This document shows, piece after piece, positions 1 to 9,317 of a stretch of DNA of 32,000 bases (position 1 is its first letter; each line of letters begins with the position of its first letter). The stretch is taken from positions 50,735-82,734 of the forward strand of contig CAYTTV010000009.1 of the NCBI GenBank assembly GCA_964440915.1, given 5' to 3'. Position numbers and translations under genes: made by a program. Origin of the DNA: an uncultured Roseivirgaceae bacterium (lineage in GTDB: Bacteria; Bacteroidota; Bacteroidia; Cytophagales; Cyclobacteriaceae). The notes under the pieces were generated by a model. That model was not told where the DNA came from. It searched no databases and was given only the letters and a program-made list of their open reading frames with translations.

Positions 1-2109
1 CGCACCTTTATCGACTACGAAGAACAGCAAAATGCCATAGCCGTATCTGATTTCTTACAAAAGGAAAAACTCAATAAAAACAACCTTAAAGCATTGTACC
101 TCACGAGGGCATATCTATACCAACAGAGGCAAGATTATAACAATATGGTTCAAAACCTTGCACTGGCTGTACCATTATTGCGCAAGGAAGACAGACCAGC
201 GAGGTTACATTTTATTACTGGTCAAGTTTTTCAAGAACTTGGATTTGAGTCGCTGGCATATGAGCATTACCGGGAGAGCCTTAAAAACAACCCTGCTTAC
301 GAGCTTTCATTTTATGCCAGGCTCAACATGGCTCAAGTATTTGAACTGGCCGACAACAAAGATGTCAATAAAGCCCGGAAGTACTTTAGAGGCTTACTCA
401 GGGATAATAAGAACAAGGAGTTTCGCGATAAGATCTATTATGAAATGGCGGAGTTCGAGCGGAAGCAAGGCAATCAAGAACAGGCGATTACTTACTATAA
501 AAACTCTGTACAAGCCAGCGTCAGCAACAACCGACAGAAATCATATGCTTTTCATAGGCTTGGGCAGATATATTATGAAGAGATCAAGAACTATGCGCTG
601 GCCAAGGCCTATTACGACAGCACCATATCAGTAATGCCCACTACAGAAGAAAATTATGAAAGGATAAAAAAGCGGCAAGAAGTACTTGCGGATTTCGTAC
701 TACAGCACAATACCATTGCATTGCAAGACAGCCTCCTGCAGCTATCATACATGGACTCTTCCGCATTGGTTGCTATGGCTGACCTGCGCTTTGCAACGCA
801 GCAAGAGGATCTCAAGCTCCTCGCCCAATCTTCGCGACAGGCCGGGGGTTTTAGCGGGTCAAACAACCTCTTTAGTCAAATGGGGAATGCTGAAACACAG
901 ACGGGAAGCTGGTACTTCTATAGTTCTGCTTCTATCAGTACTGGTCGGGCGGAATTTATGCGACGATGGGGTAATAGACCCCTGCAAGATAACTGGCGAA
1001 GAAATAAAACTTTGATCAATAGACAGGCCAATACGTTCGCTCAAAACGAAACTCTTGAAGAAGGATCCGAAGAAATTGGCCTGAGTGAAGAAGAACAAAG
1101 GACGGCTTATAGGCAAGAGTTTTTCAGTCAAATACCCTTTTCAGATGAGGCTCGAGCCAATGCGCATCTGTCTATAGAAGAGGCTTATTATACTTTAGGC
1201 AATATCTATAACTTCAATTTGGAGGAGCCTCAAAATGCCCAAGAAACTTTTATAACCTTGCTAGAAAGATACCCAGAGACTTCGCATGAGCCGGAAGTAC
1301 TGTATCTATTATACATCATCAGCAACAACTTGCAGCCACTGCAAGGAGAACCCTATAAGGAAAGGCTGCTGCGCGAATTTCCCAACACGACTTATGCCAA
1401 GACCATCCGTAATCCTAATTATAAGCAGGAAAGTGAAGCATTGAGTGCCGAGTTACAAGCATTGTATGCCACGGCGTTTAAAGCTTACAAAAACGGCGAC
1501 TATCCACAAGCCGATAGCTTATTATCTTTTGCCCTAAATGAATATCCCGTAACTGATTTTACGGACAACCTGAGTTTGCTGCAAATTATGCTGATAGGAA
1601 AAACTGAACATATCTCCCAGTACCAGTATAGATTAGAACAGTTCGTTGAGCGTTTTCCTGATAGTGAATTGATCGATTATGCACGATCTTTGCTAGAAGC
1701 ATCACGGCAGTTTCAGGCCGCAGTATTGAAAGCAGGAGGGGCACAAAGCTTTGTTGAAGATTTTGATCAGACTCATATCTTTGTTTTGGTTTATGACAAG
1801 GATTTTACTTTGGCTAATCTCTTGCCTCAGAAGCTGGACACGCTTAGCGAGCAGAATTTCAAAGCCTTGGAACTCAGGTCAGGCAACATGAGTTTCAACG
1901 AGCAACAGGGCATGATTATGGTGAATGAATTTAAATCCAAACAAGAAGCTTTAGCATACAGAGCGCTTGTTAACCAGGACGGTACTATAAAAAGTGCATT
2001 TAAGGAGAATAAAGTACAAGACTTTATAATTACAAAAGATAACTTTCAAATATTATCTAAAACTAAAGATATTCCCAGTTACGTTTCCTTTTTCGAGGAG
2101 CATTATTAA
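1..2109 (+). CDS. Tetratricopeptide-repeat (TPR) protein, 5' end truncated by the window edge; possibly an SprE/PorW-like gliding/T9SS-associated TPR protein (weak)
   Basis: Frame 1 is open from nt 1 (RTFIDYEEQQNAIAV...), so the TTG at 94 in the ORF track is probably internal. Repeated TPR-like segments are present (AYEHYRESLKNNPAYELSFYARLNMAQV, AITYYKNSVQ, AKAYYDST, IEEAYYTLGNIY). The SprE/PorW suggestion rests only on size and TPR architecture in a Bacteroidota context. Confidence 0.75.
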   Translation, partial: RTFIDYEEQQNAIAVSDFLQKEKLNKNNLKALYLTRAYLYQQRQDYNNMVQNLALAVPLLRKEDRPARLHFITGQVFQELGFESLAYEHYRESLKNNPAYELSFYARLNMAQVFELADNKDVNKARKYFRGLLRDNKNKEFRDKIYYEMAEFERKQGNQEQAITYYKNSVQASVSNNRQKSYAFHRLGQIYYEEIKNYALAKAYYDSTISVMPTTEENYERIKKRQEVLADFVLQHNTIALQDSLLQLSYMDSSALVAMADLRFATQQEDLKLLAQSSRQAGGFSGSNNLFSQMGNAETQTGSWYFYSSASISTGRAEFMRRWGNRPLQDNWRRNKTLINRQANTFAQNETLEEGSEEIGLSEEEQRTAYRQEFFSQIPFSDEARANAHLSIEEAYYTLGNIYNFNLEEPQNAQETFITLLERYPETSHEPEVLYLLYIISNNLQPLQGEPYKERLLREFPNTTYAKTIRNPNYKQESEALSAELQALYATAFKAYKNGDYPQADSLLSFALNEYPVTDFTDNLSLLQIMLIGKTEHISQYQYRLEQFVERFPDSELIDYARSLLEASRQFQAAVLKAGGAQSFVEDFDQTHIFVLVYDKDFTLANLLPQKLDTLSEQNFKALELRSGNMSFNEQQGMIMVNEFKSKQEALAYRALVNQDGTIKSAFKENKVQDFIITKDNFQILSKTKDIPSYVSFFEEHY

Positions 2110-2123
2110 TTATTGAACAATCT

Positions 2124-4469
2124 ATGGCCAATACGAAGCCCAAAGCAAAAAAAAATAGCGGCAAACTCATTTCTAACATCATAAAGGGTATGTGGATCGC
2201 TTTTATAGCGATGCTTGTTTTCCTTCCCTTGTTTATCTTTTCTGTTAGCATCAATCTGTTCAATCTCTATGGGGAACAGCCCAGCTTAAGATCTTTGGAG
2301 AATCCTGAGGAAGAGCTGTCGTCGGAGCTATACTCAGCAGACAATATCCTTTTGGGTAAATATTATCGAGAGAACAGGAGTCCTGTGAGCTATGAAGAGC
2401 TTTCGCCCAATCTGATTAACGCTTTAATAGCGGTTGAAGACTATCGATTTGAGCAGCATTCCGGCATTGATCTCAGAGGCCTGAGCCGAGCGGTGGTGTT
2501 TTATCTGCTGCCTGGAGGATATGCAGGTGGAGGCAGCACGCTTTCACAGCAACTTGCCAAGAATCTATTTGAGACCAGGAGCGAACGATATGAAGGGGCC
2601 TTGCACGGCATTCCTGGTTTGGGAAAGTTTATCGATAAGGTAAAGGAGTGGATTGTGGCGGTAAAGCTAGAACGTTCCTATACCAAAAAAGAAATATTGC
2701 AGATGTACCTTAATACTGTTCCGTACGGAAGCAACGCCCATGGGATAAAAGTAGCAGCGCAAACTTACTTTAACACTACACCTGACAGCCTAAACATTCA
2801 AGAAGCTGCACTACTAGCAGGCATGGTTCAAGCACCTACAAGGCATAATCCAGTATTCAACTATGAGAGTGCCTTTCACAGACGTAATGTTGTATTAGCT
2901 CAAATGCTCAAATACGATATGCTATCACGAGAGACTTTTGATTCTCTAAAGTTATTGCCGATAGAATTGGACTACAATGTGGCCAACCACAATCAGGGCT
3001 TGGCTACCTACTTTAGAAGAGTAGTCGGGGCTTATTTGGGCAGTTGGGCCAAAGAGCATGGATACGATCTATATGAAGGAGGATTAAAGATTTATACGAC
3101 CATTGACAGCCGTCTGCAAGAGTATGCCGAAGAAGCGATGAACGAACACATGTCTTATCTCCATAAGGTTTTTATAAATCATTGGAAAGGAAGAAACCCG
3201 TGGATAGATGAACAAGGGAGAGAAATACCCAACTTCCTAGCTACAGCGGCGAGTCGAACTCCACGATATAGAACGCTCGTGGAAATATATGGAAAGGATT
3301 CTGATTCTGTTGACATCATCATGAACAAGCCCGTACCTATGCGTGTCTTTTCTTGGGAAGGGGAGATCGATACGGTGCTCAGCCCAATGGACTCGATCAA
3401 ATACTATAAGCATTTCCTTAGGGCAGGGTTTATGGCAATGGATCCGCATTCAGGCCAGATCAAGGCCTGGGTGGGAGGTATAAATCACAAATTTTTTAAA
3501 TACGATCATGTAATGCAGGGCAAGCGGCAGCCTGGATCTACTTTCAAACCGATTTTATATGCTGCAGCCATAGACAATGGCTATTCTCCTTGCTATGAGG
3601 TATATGATACGCCAGTTACTTTTGAGGCTAGTGGCGATCAACCTGCCTATAAACCCAACAATGCTGAGGGCAAATATTCAGGACAACGCATGACCATTCG
3701 TGAGGGAATGGCCAGATCCATTAACTCTATTGCTGCATTCATGATCAAGAAGATAGGACCTGCAATGGTAGTGGATTATGCCAAAAGGCTTGGAATAGAA
3801 AGTCATCTAGATCCAGTTCCTGCACTTGCTTTAGGTACAAGCGATGTTTCTATTTTCGAGCTTGTGGGTGCCTATAGCACATTTGTGAATGAGGGAGTAT
3901 ATACCCGGCCTTACTTTATTACACGAATAGAAGATAAAAATGGTAATGTGCTACAAGAATTCCCTCCCAGAACCAGGGAAGCACTTAGCGAAGAAACGGC
4001 TTATCTCATGCTGCATATGTTGAAGGGCACCACCGAATGGTTTGGAGAAGATCATGACCGATTTGGTACAGCAGTAGGTCTCGGGCGATATGGGTTGCTC
4101 ACTGATGGCAATGAGGTTGGGGGCAAAACAGGAACCACAGCGAATTATTCAGACGGCTGGTTTGTCGGTGTTACTAAAGATTTAGTAGCAGGCGTATGGG
4201 TAGGTGGTGAGGATAGAAGTATACATTTTAGAACGCTAGCATTAGGGCAAGGCGGCAGAATGGCTATGCCCATTTATGGAAGGTTCATGGAAAAAGTATA
4301 CAATGATCCAGATTTGGATATAACCAAGGGGCCTTTTAAGCGACCTTCTCGTGGGTTGTCTGTAGAGATTAACTGTGACCGCTACAGGAATCAGGATTAT
4401 GCGCAAGAATCCGATTCATTACAATTATATCAACCACAAGAACGTATCAACCCTGGCGATATTTTCTAA
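2124..4469 (+). CDS. mrcA: Class A penicillin-binding protein 1A (bifunctional glycosyltransferase/transpeptidase)
   Basis: N-terminal membrane anchor (WIAFIAMLVFLPLFIF). GT51 motifs EDYRFEQHSGID, GGSTLSQQLAKN and KEILQMYLN. Transpeptidase motifs STFK (GSTFKPILY), SIN and KTGT (GGKTGTT). Confidence 0.95.
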   Translation: MANTKPKAKKNSGKLISNIIKGMWIAFIAMLVFLPLFIFSVSINLFNLYGEQPSLRSLENPEEELSSELYSADNILLGKYYRENRSPVSYEELSPNLINALIAVEDYRFEQHSGIDLRGLSRAVVFYLLPGGYAGGGSTLSQQLAKNLFETRSERYEGALHGIPGLGKFIDKVKEWIVAVKLERSYTKKEILQMYLNTVPYGSNAHGIKVAAQTYFNTTPDSLNIQEAALLAGMVQAPTRHNPVFNYESAFHRRNVVLAQMLKYDMLSRETFDSLKLLPIELDYNVANHNQGLATYFRRVVGAYLGSWAKEHGYDLYEGGLKIYTTIDSRLQEYAEEAMNEHMSYLHKVFINHWKGRNPWIDEQGREIPNFLATAASRTPRYRTLVEIYGKDSDSVDIIMNKPVPMRVFSWEGEIDTVLSPMDSIKYYKHFLRAGFMAMDPHSGQIKAWVGGINHKFFKYDHVMQGKRQPGSTFKPILYAAAIDNGYSPCYEVYDTPVTFEASGDQPAYKPNNAEGKYSGQRMTIREGMARSINSIAAFMIKKIGPAMVVDYAKRLGIESHLDPVPALALGTSDVSIFELVGAYSTFVNEGVYTRPYFITRIEDKNGNVLQEFPPRTREALSEETAYLMLHMLKGTTEWFGEDHDRFGTAVGLGRYGLLTDGNEVGGKTGTTANYSDGWFVGVTKDLVAGVWVGGEDRSIHFRTLALGQGGRMAMPIYGRFMEKVYNDPDLDITKGPFKRPSRGLSVEINCDRYRNQDYAQESDSLQLYQPQERINPGDIF

Positions 4470-4478
4470 TATTTTAAA

Positions 4479-4523
4479 GTTTATCGCTGCGCTATATTCA
4501 TAAATTATAGTTCAGCGATAAAC
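4479..4523. terminator. Long hairpin between convergent PBP1A and TonB-receptor genes (possible bidirectional terminator)
   Basis: gtttatcgctg (4479-4489) is perfectly complementary to cagcgataaac (4513-4523). An inner ctata/tatag pairing lies at 4492-4496 / 4506-4510. The element overlaps the last codons of the minus-strand receptor gene. The U-tails are poor, so its function is uncertain. Confidence 0.4.
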
Positions 4524-6783
4524 CTCCATAATAATTTCTACCTGGAGCTGGTTGGTAAAAACGACCGCCAAAAGCATTTAAATCGTTCCCCAAGCTGTAC
4601 CGCTGATCCAGCAGATTGTCTCCGCCTATATGCACATCTATTAAGAGATTTCTTCCAAGGTCTTTTCTATACCCTAACTTTGCTATGACCAGATGATAGC
4701 TTTGAGCATATTCTGTACCTGCATCATTTAATGGGATGTCGTCGGTATAATTATAATGTGCATTAACGTAAATGCCAGGAGCACTTTCAATTTGAATGCC
4801 TCCCCATATTGTATGAGGAGAAACCCCAGTGAATTTATTACCTGAATAATCGTTCTCTCCTTGCTCATATTCATCAAACTTGAAATGATGATACGTATAG
4901 TTGCCTTGTACGGATAGATTGGTAACGAATGAAAAAGGGTTGCGGATGAAATCATAATTCAAGGCAGCTTCTATACCTTGTAGGTCTGCGCTGCCTGTGT
5001 TTCTGAAGAGGTCAGTTCCTCTATCACTTGGATAGTCTACGATAGACTTCGAAAGCCGCAAGTAGAATGCGGTTATATCATACGAGAACTTATTGCCTAT
5101 TCCAATGCCGCGCACGCCTATTTCATAATTAATACCTGCTTCTGGCTCTAGATCTGTATTGATGCTGCCCTCGTTGGTACGCACTTCTTCCAAAGTAGGA
5201 GGAGAAAACCCATAGCTCACACTGCCATGAAAGGCCACATTGTCATAGGTTTTAACCAGCGCAATACGAGGCATCCATTCTTTGTCAAAATTCCTTTTAA
5301 TGCGCTCAGGCATCCCTTGGCTGTCCATTGTTCGGAAGATGTCGTAATGCACTCCGTTCATGCTCAATCCAAAAGTCAATATCCATTCCTTCATAAGAAA
5401 GAGTTCATATTGGCCGAACAATATATATTGACTGCTTCTGAGCTCATCGTAGAAATTTAAGGTATCGACTTGTCCAGCGTTATTACCGTAATTTCCCGCA
5501 CCCGCAAAGCGAAACTGATATTCTCCTCCTACCGTCAGCTTTGTCGGTATCTGCCCTATCTTGCCTTCCCTATTGACACGTAAACGCGTACCATAGCTTT
5601 GTTGGGCCTCACGCTTATAATCTAGGTTAAAGGGGTTTTCAAAATCTGCAGTGTTGGTATATATGGTGGCAAGTAAAGCTCCTTTAGCGCCTAATTTTGT
5701 ATCATAACTAAGGCCTACCAGAAGATTTTTTACGTCGATGGAGGCATTTGACTCTTCGCTTCCCAAAACAAAGGATGTGCCCGGTCGTGCTTGTCTCGGG
5801 TTTTCTTCCATTTGTCCCTTAGTAAGCCCACCAGGGATTTCATAAAATAAATCAGAATATAAGATGTTGGCACTTATACTCCCTGCTTCTCCTGTGTTAA
5901 ACTGTGCCCTAATGCCTACATTAGTACGGTCAAGAGCAGAATGCGCTCTATAGCCATCCTGTTGCTGCTTGGAGTAGGTTACATTAATCGCCTTCTCAAT
6001 ATCTCCAACATTAGCGCTCATTGTATATTTTTGTGCCCCAAAGCTTCCCATGCTCCAGCTGGCAGATAAGTACTGCTCGCCCATCGCGGGTGTTGTACTT
6101 TTTATATCTACCACCCCGCCTATGCCCGCACCATATAAGCTACTCGAAGGTCCTTTTATGACTTCAATATTAGCGAAATTAGTATTGTCCAAAAGGTTAA
6201 AGGGCGTATTGCCTCCAGGCTCGGTAATGGGTATATTGTTCCAATAGACCTTTATATTTCTCACATCAAATGGCGCCCTTAAAGCACTGCCACGAATGGA
6301 AATCCTATAACTTCCAGTAGATCGCTGTTCCATCCTCACTCCTGGCACTTGGTTGATGATAGGCACCATAGAGAATTGGTCGAATCGTCTGATGTCTTTG
6401 GATTGAATCACCGCTATGCCACCAGCTACTTCCCTAATTGATCGCCCTGTCTCGTACGCAAAGATCTTCACTTCGTCCAAAACATCGTCACTAGGGGATA
6501 ATTCCACTCGAATTCCAGCAGCATCTTGGGAAAAGTCTAACCGCTTCGTAGCATATCCCAAGTGGCGAAAGATCAAAGCATCAGGACCTGGCAAATGCAA
6601 ATCAAACCTTCCTTCTCCATCGGTTATTCCTATAAGGCTGTCTTTTGAATTGCTAATGGTAGCACCAACCAGTACCTGATGGCTATCAGCAGAAAGAAGT
6701 TGGCCTTTTACTGATATTTGAGCAAAAACGAATGACGGGAAAGTCAAAGAAATTAAGATGATGTACTTTTTTCTAAAGAGCAT
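4498..6783 (-). CDS. TonB-dependent outer-membrane receptor (N-terminal carboxypeptidase-regulatory-like domain, plug, beta-barrel)
   Basis: Signal peptide MLFRKKYIILISLTFPSFVFAQ. CarboxypepD_reg-like start (ISVKGQLLSADSHQVLVGATI). Plug-type motifs (IEVIKGPSSSLYGAGIGGVV). The C-terminal half has alternating Y/G/N-rich beta-strand sequence. No SusD-like partner lies adjacent. Confidence 0.88.
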   Translation of the reverse strand: MLFRKKYIILISLTFPSFVFAQISVKGQLLSADSHQVLVGATISNSKDSLIGITDGEGRFDLHLPGPDALIFRHLGYATKRLDFSQDAAGIRVELSPSDDVLDEVKIFAYETGRSIREVAGGIAVIQSKDIRRFDQFSMVPIINQVPGVRMEQRSTGSYRISIRGSALRAPFDVRNIKVYWNNIPITEPGGNTPFNLLDNTNFANIEVIKGPSSSLYGAGIGGVVDIKSTTPAMGEQYLSASWSMGSFGAQKYTMSANVGDIEKAINVTYSKQQQDGYRAHSALDRTNVGIRAQFNTGEAGSISANILYSDLFYEIPGGLTKGQMEENPRQARPGTSFVLGSEESNASIDVKNLLVGLSYDTKLGAKGALLATIYTNTADFENPFNLDYKREAQQSYGTRLRVNREGKIGQIPTKLTVGGEYQFRFAGAGNYGNNAGQVDTLNFYDELRSSQYILFGQYELFLMKEWILTFGLSMNGVHYDIFRTMDSQGMPERIKRNFDKEWMPRIALVKTYDNVAFHGSVSYGFSPPTLEEVRTNEGSINTDLEPEAGINYEIGVRGIGIGNKFSYDITAFYLRLSKSIVDYPSDRGTDLFRNTGSADLQGIEAALNYDFIRNPFSFVTNLSVQGNYTYHHFKFDEYEQGENDYSGNKFTGVSPHTIWGGIQIESAPGIYVNAHYNYTDDIPLNDAGTEYAQSYHLVIAKLGYRKDLGRNLLIDVHIGGDNLLDQRYSLGNDLNAFGGRFYQPAPGRNYYGGLSLNYNL

Positions 6784-6817
6784 AGGAGGTTTTCAATAAA
6801 ACAATCAACACAAAGTG

Positions 6818-6825
6818 CAAACTTA
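6818..6825 (-). promoter_or_regulatory. Bacteroidetes -7 promoter box (TAAGTTTG on the minus strand) for the TonB-dependent receptor
   Basis: Forward caaactta reverse-complements to TAAGTTTG, matching TAnnTTTG. It lies about 35 nt upstream of the ATG at 6783. Confidence 0.45.
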
Positions 6826-6871
6826 AAGCGAAAAGTATAAATAAGCACTCTAACGACTATTGAACAATCTT

Positions 6872-9184
6872 TTACTCCAATGATTGTTTATTAAATAGGG
6901 TATAGCCAATATGAAACAAAAAGCCAAAACGGTTTTCTTTGTTGTCATAGTAATTGAGACTGGCGGCAATAGGACCTATTGGGCTATGGAATACCAAAGC
7001 AGAAGTAGCGGCAAAGTGTGCCTTGCTTAGATCCTGATTGAGCCTAGCGGATTGGGTTTCTTCTACTTGCTCTATTTCTTTTAGTGGTTTGAACATGTAT
7101 CCTTCTAACCTAAAATCCAGATTACGTCTGAGCGTGAATACATTACGAAAACCTATAGCAGCATAATTAAAAGCTCTAAAGTTCTCCAAAAGCAAGGTTT
7201 TGCTGTCATTTAGCGGGAAGAAGGCAGGTGCATTGATCACGGTAGCCTTATAGTTAGCAAAGAACGGCTGGTTGGAAATAACGCTTTCGAAATAATACCC
7301 ATAGCTGTACCAGCCTTTTTTATTATAATATTTCTCTATTTTAAGTTTAAATCTTAGCCAATCATGATGAGCTTTTACATCGTCTGCTAACAAAGAGGTA
7401 TTACCGGGACTATATCTCTCCATTAAATTTATATGATCAGCAGAAAGGGTAATCTCACTTCCTATAGAAGGATACTGCTTCCTGTTCAAGCTGTTTCGGC
7501 TATAATGCAGGCCATATCGAAAGCCTGTTAAATTAAGCTGGTCAAGTGTGTCGGTAGAAACCAATATAGGGTCGGCACTAAACCTGTCTATGTTGCTGAT
7601 ATAATGCAGAGAACCTACAAGTTTGCTCTTTGTGCCAAATGGTAGGCCAAGGTTGAAACCAGCCTTTCTGTCTACCCTTTTCAATATAACAGGCCGCTTC
7701 TCTTTTAAAAAGACCTCATTGGCATTGGTAAAGTCCCAGTTATTGTATGTAAACTCTGGCTCAAGATAAAACTGCCATTTAAAAGGGGCATTTATGCGAG
7801 ACTTGGCTTGAAAAGATTGATAAAAACGGCCTGTATAGAAGTTGAGATTATGGTTGAAAAGAATGCTGTTAAAATGACTTATATTCAGTCCTAAAAATAT
7901 CTGGCTGATACTGCGTGTCGCAAGGTTTCCTCCAAATTCTATGTTGATATAATCCTTGGGCCTTCCATGCAAATCGAAACGAAACGCATTGAAAGTGGTA
8001 TCATAAACGATTCTGGGATAAACATCCTTAAAATACTCCTCGGAGACCATTTTGTAATAGCCCAATTTGATGTCATAAATATTTAGAACTTCCTTATTGA
8101 TATTGAACAGGCTACGGATATACCCCGCCTGCTTAGGTTTGAAACCCACCAAATTAATTTTCTCAAATTGTAATGGCTTCATCCCAAGTATAAACTCGTG
8201 CCTCTTTTCAGCTATATCATCGCAAGAGACACGCCGGGTCACCTTTTGAAGGATTTCTTCCATGTGCCGTTGGGTTTCAACATATCCGCTATCAGAAATG
8301 CTACGTGCAAAAGAAAAATCTAAAGACGAGTAGTTGCTCAGGTCGGGCTCCACGTATACATCATTAGCATCCAACAGGCTTGTGTCCGTCTTATTCATCA
8401 GCATAAAAAGCAGAGATTGCCGGATTAATCTTTCATCTTCATCATGAGGGTATTCAGCATATTTTTTGGACGAGACATTTACTCCAATGATAACATCAGG
8501 TTGGAAAGCTTCCTGCGCTACATCAATAGGGAAGTTATTATAGAGCCCTCCATCGAATAGAAATTTACCATCTATTTTGATGGGTCTGTAGAAAAAAGGG
8601 ACGCTCAAAGTAGCGCGAAGCGCATCACTTAAAATCCCTTTATCCAGGATTACCTCATTTTGAGTGAAAATATCTGCCGCAACAGCCCTGAATGGCACCA
8701 GTAAATTATCAAAATCGTACTGTGCTTTTTCACTAGCCGATGCAAGATACTCTGCCATAGCAAAGTTGAGGGCTACATCATTGGCCAAATTTGAATTGAG
8801 AGTAGTACTAAGACTTGAATCAACGGCCAGGTTCAAAGACAGCCAAGAGGCGTTGTTGTCTTTTTTGAAATAATGAAAGTTGTAGTTGTCTCCAAGCACT
8901 CCATTGACCCAGTTTTGGAAATCCTGTGATAAGATAATCTGTTCTATCTGGTCGGGAGAGTATCCAGCAGCATAAAAGCCCCCAATTATCCCGCCCATTG
9001 AAGTTCCGACAATATAATCTATAGGAATATCCTGCTCTTCTAGGGCTTTAAGTACACCCACATGAGCCAAACCCTTGGCGCCTCCACCACTTAATACCAA
9101 GGCTACTTTCTGCTGTCCCCACAATGAGGGCATAATCAGAAAGAACAACAAGAAGATCAAGATTAGCTTTCGGGTGCTATACAT
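6872..9184 (-). CDS. Patatin-like phospholipase fused to a C-terminal Omp85/BamA-type beta-barrel region (PlpD-like, type Vd autotransporter architecture)
   Basis: Oxyanion motif SGGGAKG, nucleophile elbow GTSMGG and catalytic Asp motif FDGGLYNNFP in the N-terminal ~300 aa. The C-terminal ~400 aa is beta-strand-rich and ends ...FLFHIGYTLF. I place the start at the ATG at 9184 (MYSTRKLILIFLLFFLIMPSLWGQQ, a good signal peptide), not at the upstream ORF start 9247. Confidence 0.85.
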   Translation of the reverse strand: MYSTRKLILIFLLFFLIMPSLWGQQKVALVLSGGGAKGLAHVGVLKALEEQDIPIDYIVGTSMGGIIGGFYAAGYSPDQIEQIILSQDFQNWVNGVLGDNYNFHYFKKDNNASWLSLNLAVDSSLSTTLNSNLANDVALNFAMAEYLASASEKAQYDFDNLLVPFRAVAADIFTQNEVILDKGILSDALRATLSVPFFYRPIKIDGKFLFDGGLYNNFPIDVAQEAFQPDVIIGVNVSSKKYAEYPHDEDERLIRQSLLFMLMNKTDTSLLDANDVYVEPDLSNYSSLDFSFARSISDSGYVETQRHMEEILQKVTRRVSCDDIAEKRHEFILGMKPLQFEKINLVGFKPKQAGYIRSLFNINKEVLNIYDIKLGYYKMVSEEYFKDVYPRIVYDTTFNAFRFDLHGRPKDYINIEFGGNLATRSISQIFLGLNISHFNSILFNHNLNFYTGRFYQSFQAKSRINAPFKWQFYLEPEFTYNNWDFTNANEVFLKEKRPVILKRVDRKAGFNLGLPFGTKSKLVGSLHYISNIDRFSADPILVSTDTLDQLNLTGFRYGLHYSRNSLNRKQYPSIGSEITLSADHINLMERYSPGNTSLLADDVKAHHDWLRFKLKIEKYYNKKGWYSYGYYFESVISNQPFFANYKATVINAPAFFPLNDSKTLLLENFRAFNYAAIGFRNVFTLRRNLDFRLEGYMFKPLKEIEQVEETQSARLNQDLSKAHFAATSALVFHSPIGPIAASLNYYDNKENRFGFLFHIGYTLFNKQSLE

Positions 9185-9317
9185 AATGAATAATTGGGAA
9201 GAGCCAATTTCTATCGAAACATCTAAAGCCCTAAACGAAAAAAGCAAGAATAGATATCCTTACTTTTTAAACTATATTACAATGTGATAGCATCCACTGC
9301 GCTTTCGTAAGGAACCA

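Noticed and set aside
2111-2123. An exact 13-mer tattgaacaatct occurs twice, at 2111-2123 (directly before the PBP1A ATG) and at 6858-6870 (directly after the patatin gene stop).
   Set aside because: With about 5e8 position pairs in 32 kb and 4^13 (about 6.7e7) possible 13-mers, several exact 13-mer repeats are expected by chance, and more in AT-rich DNA. There is no third copy or shared context.
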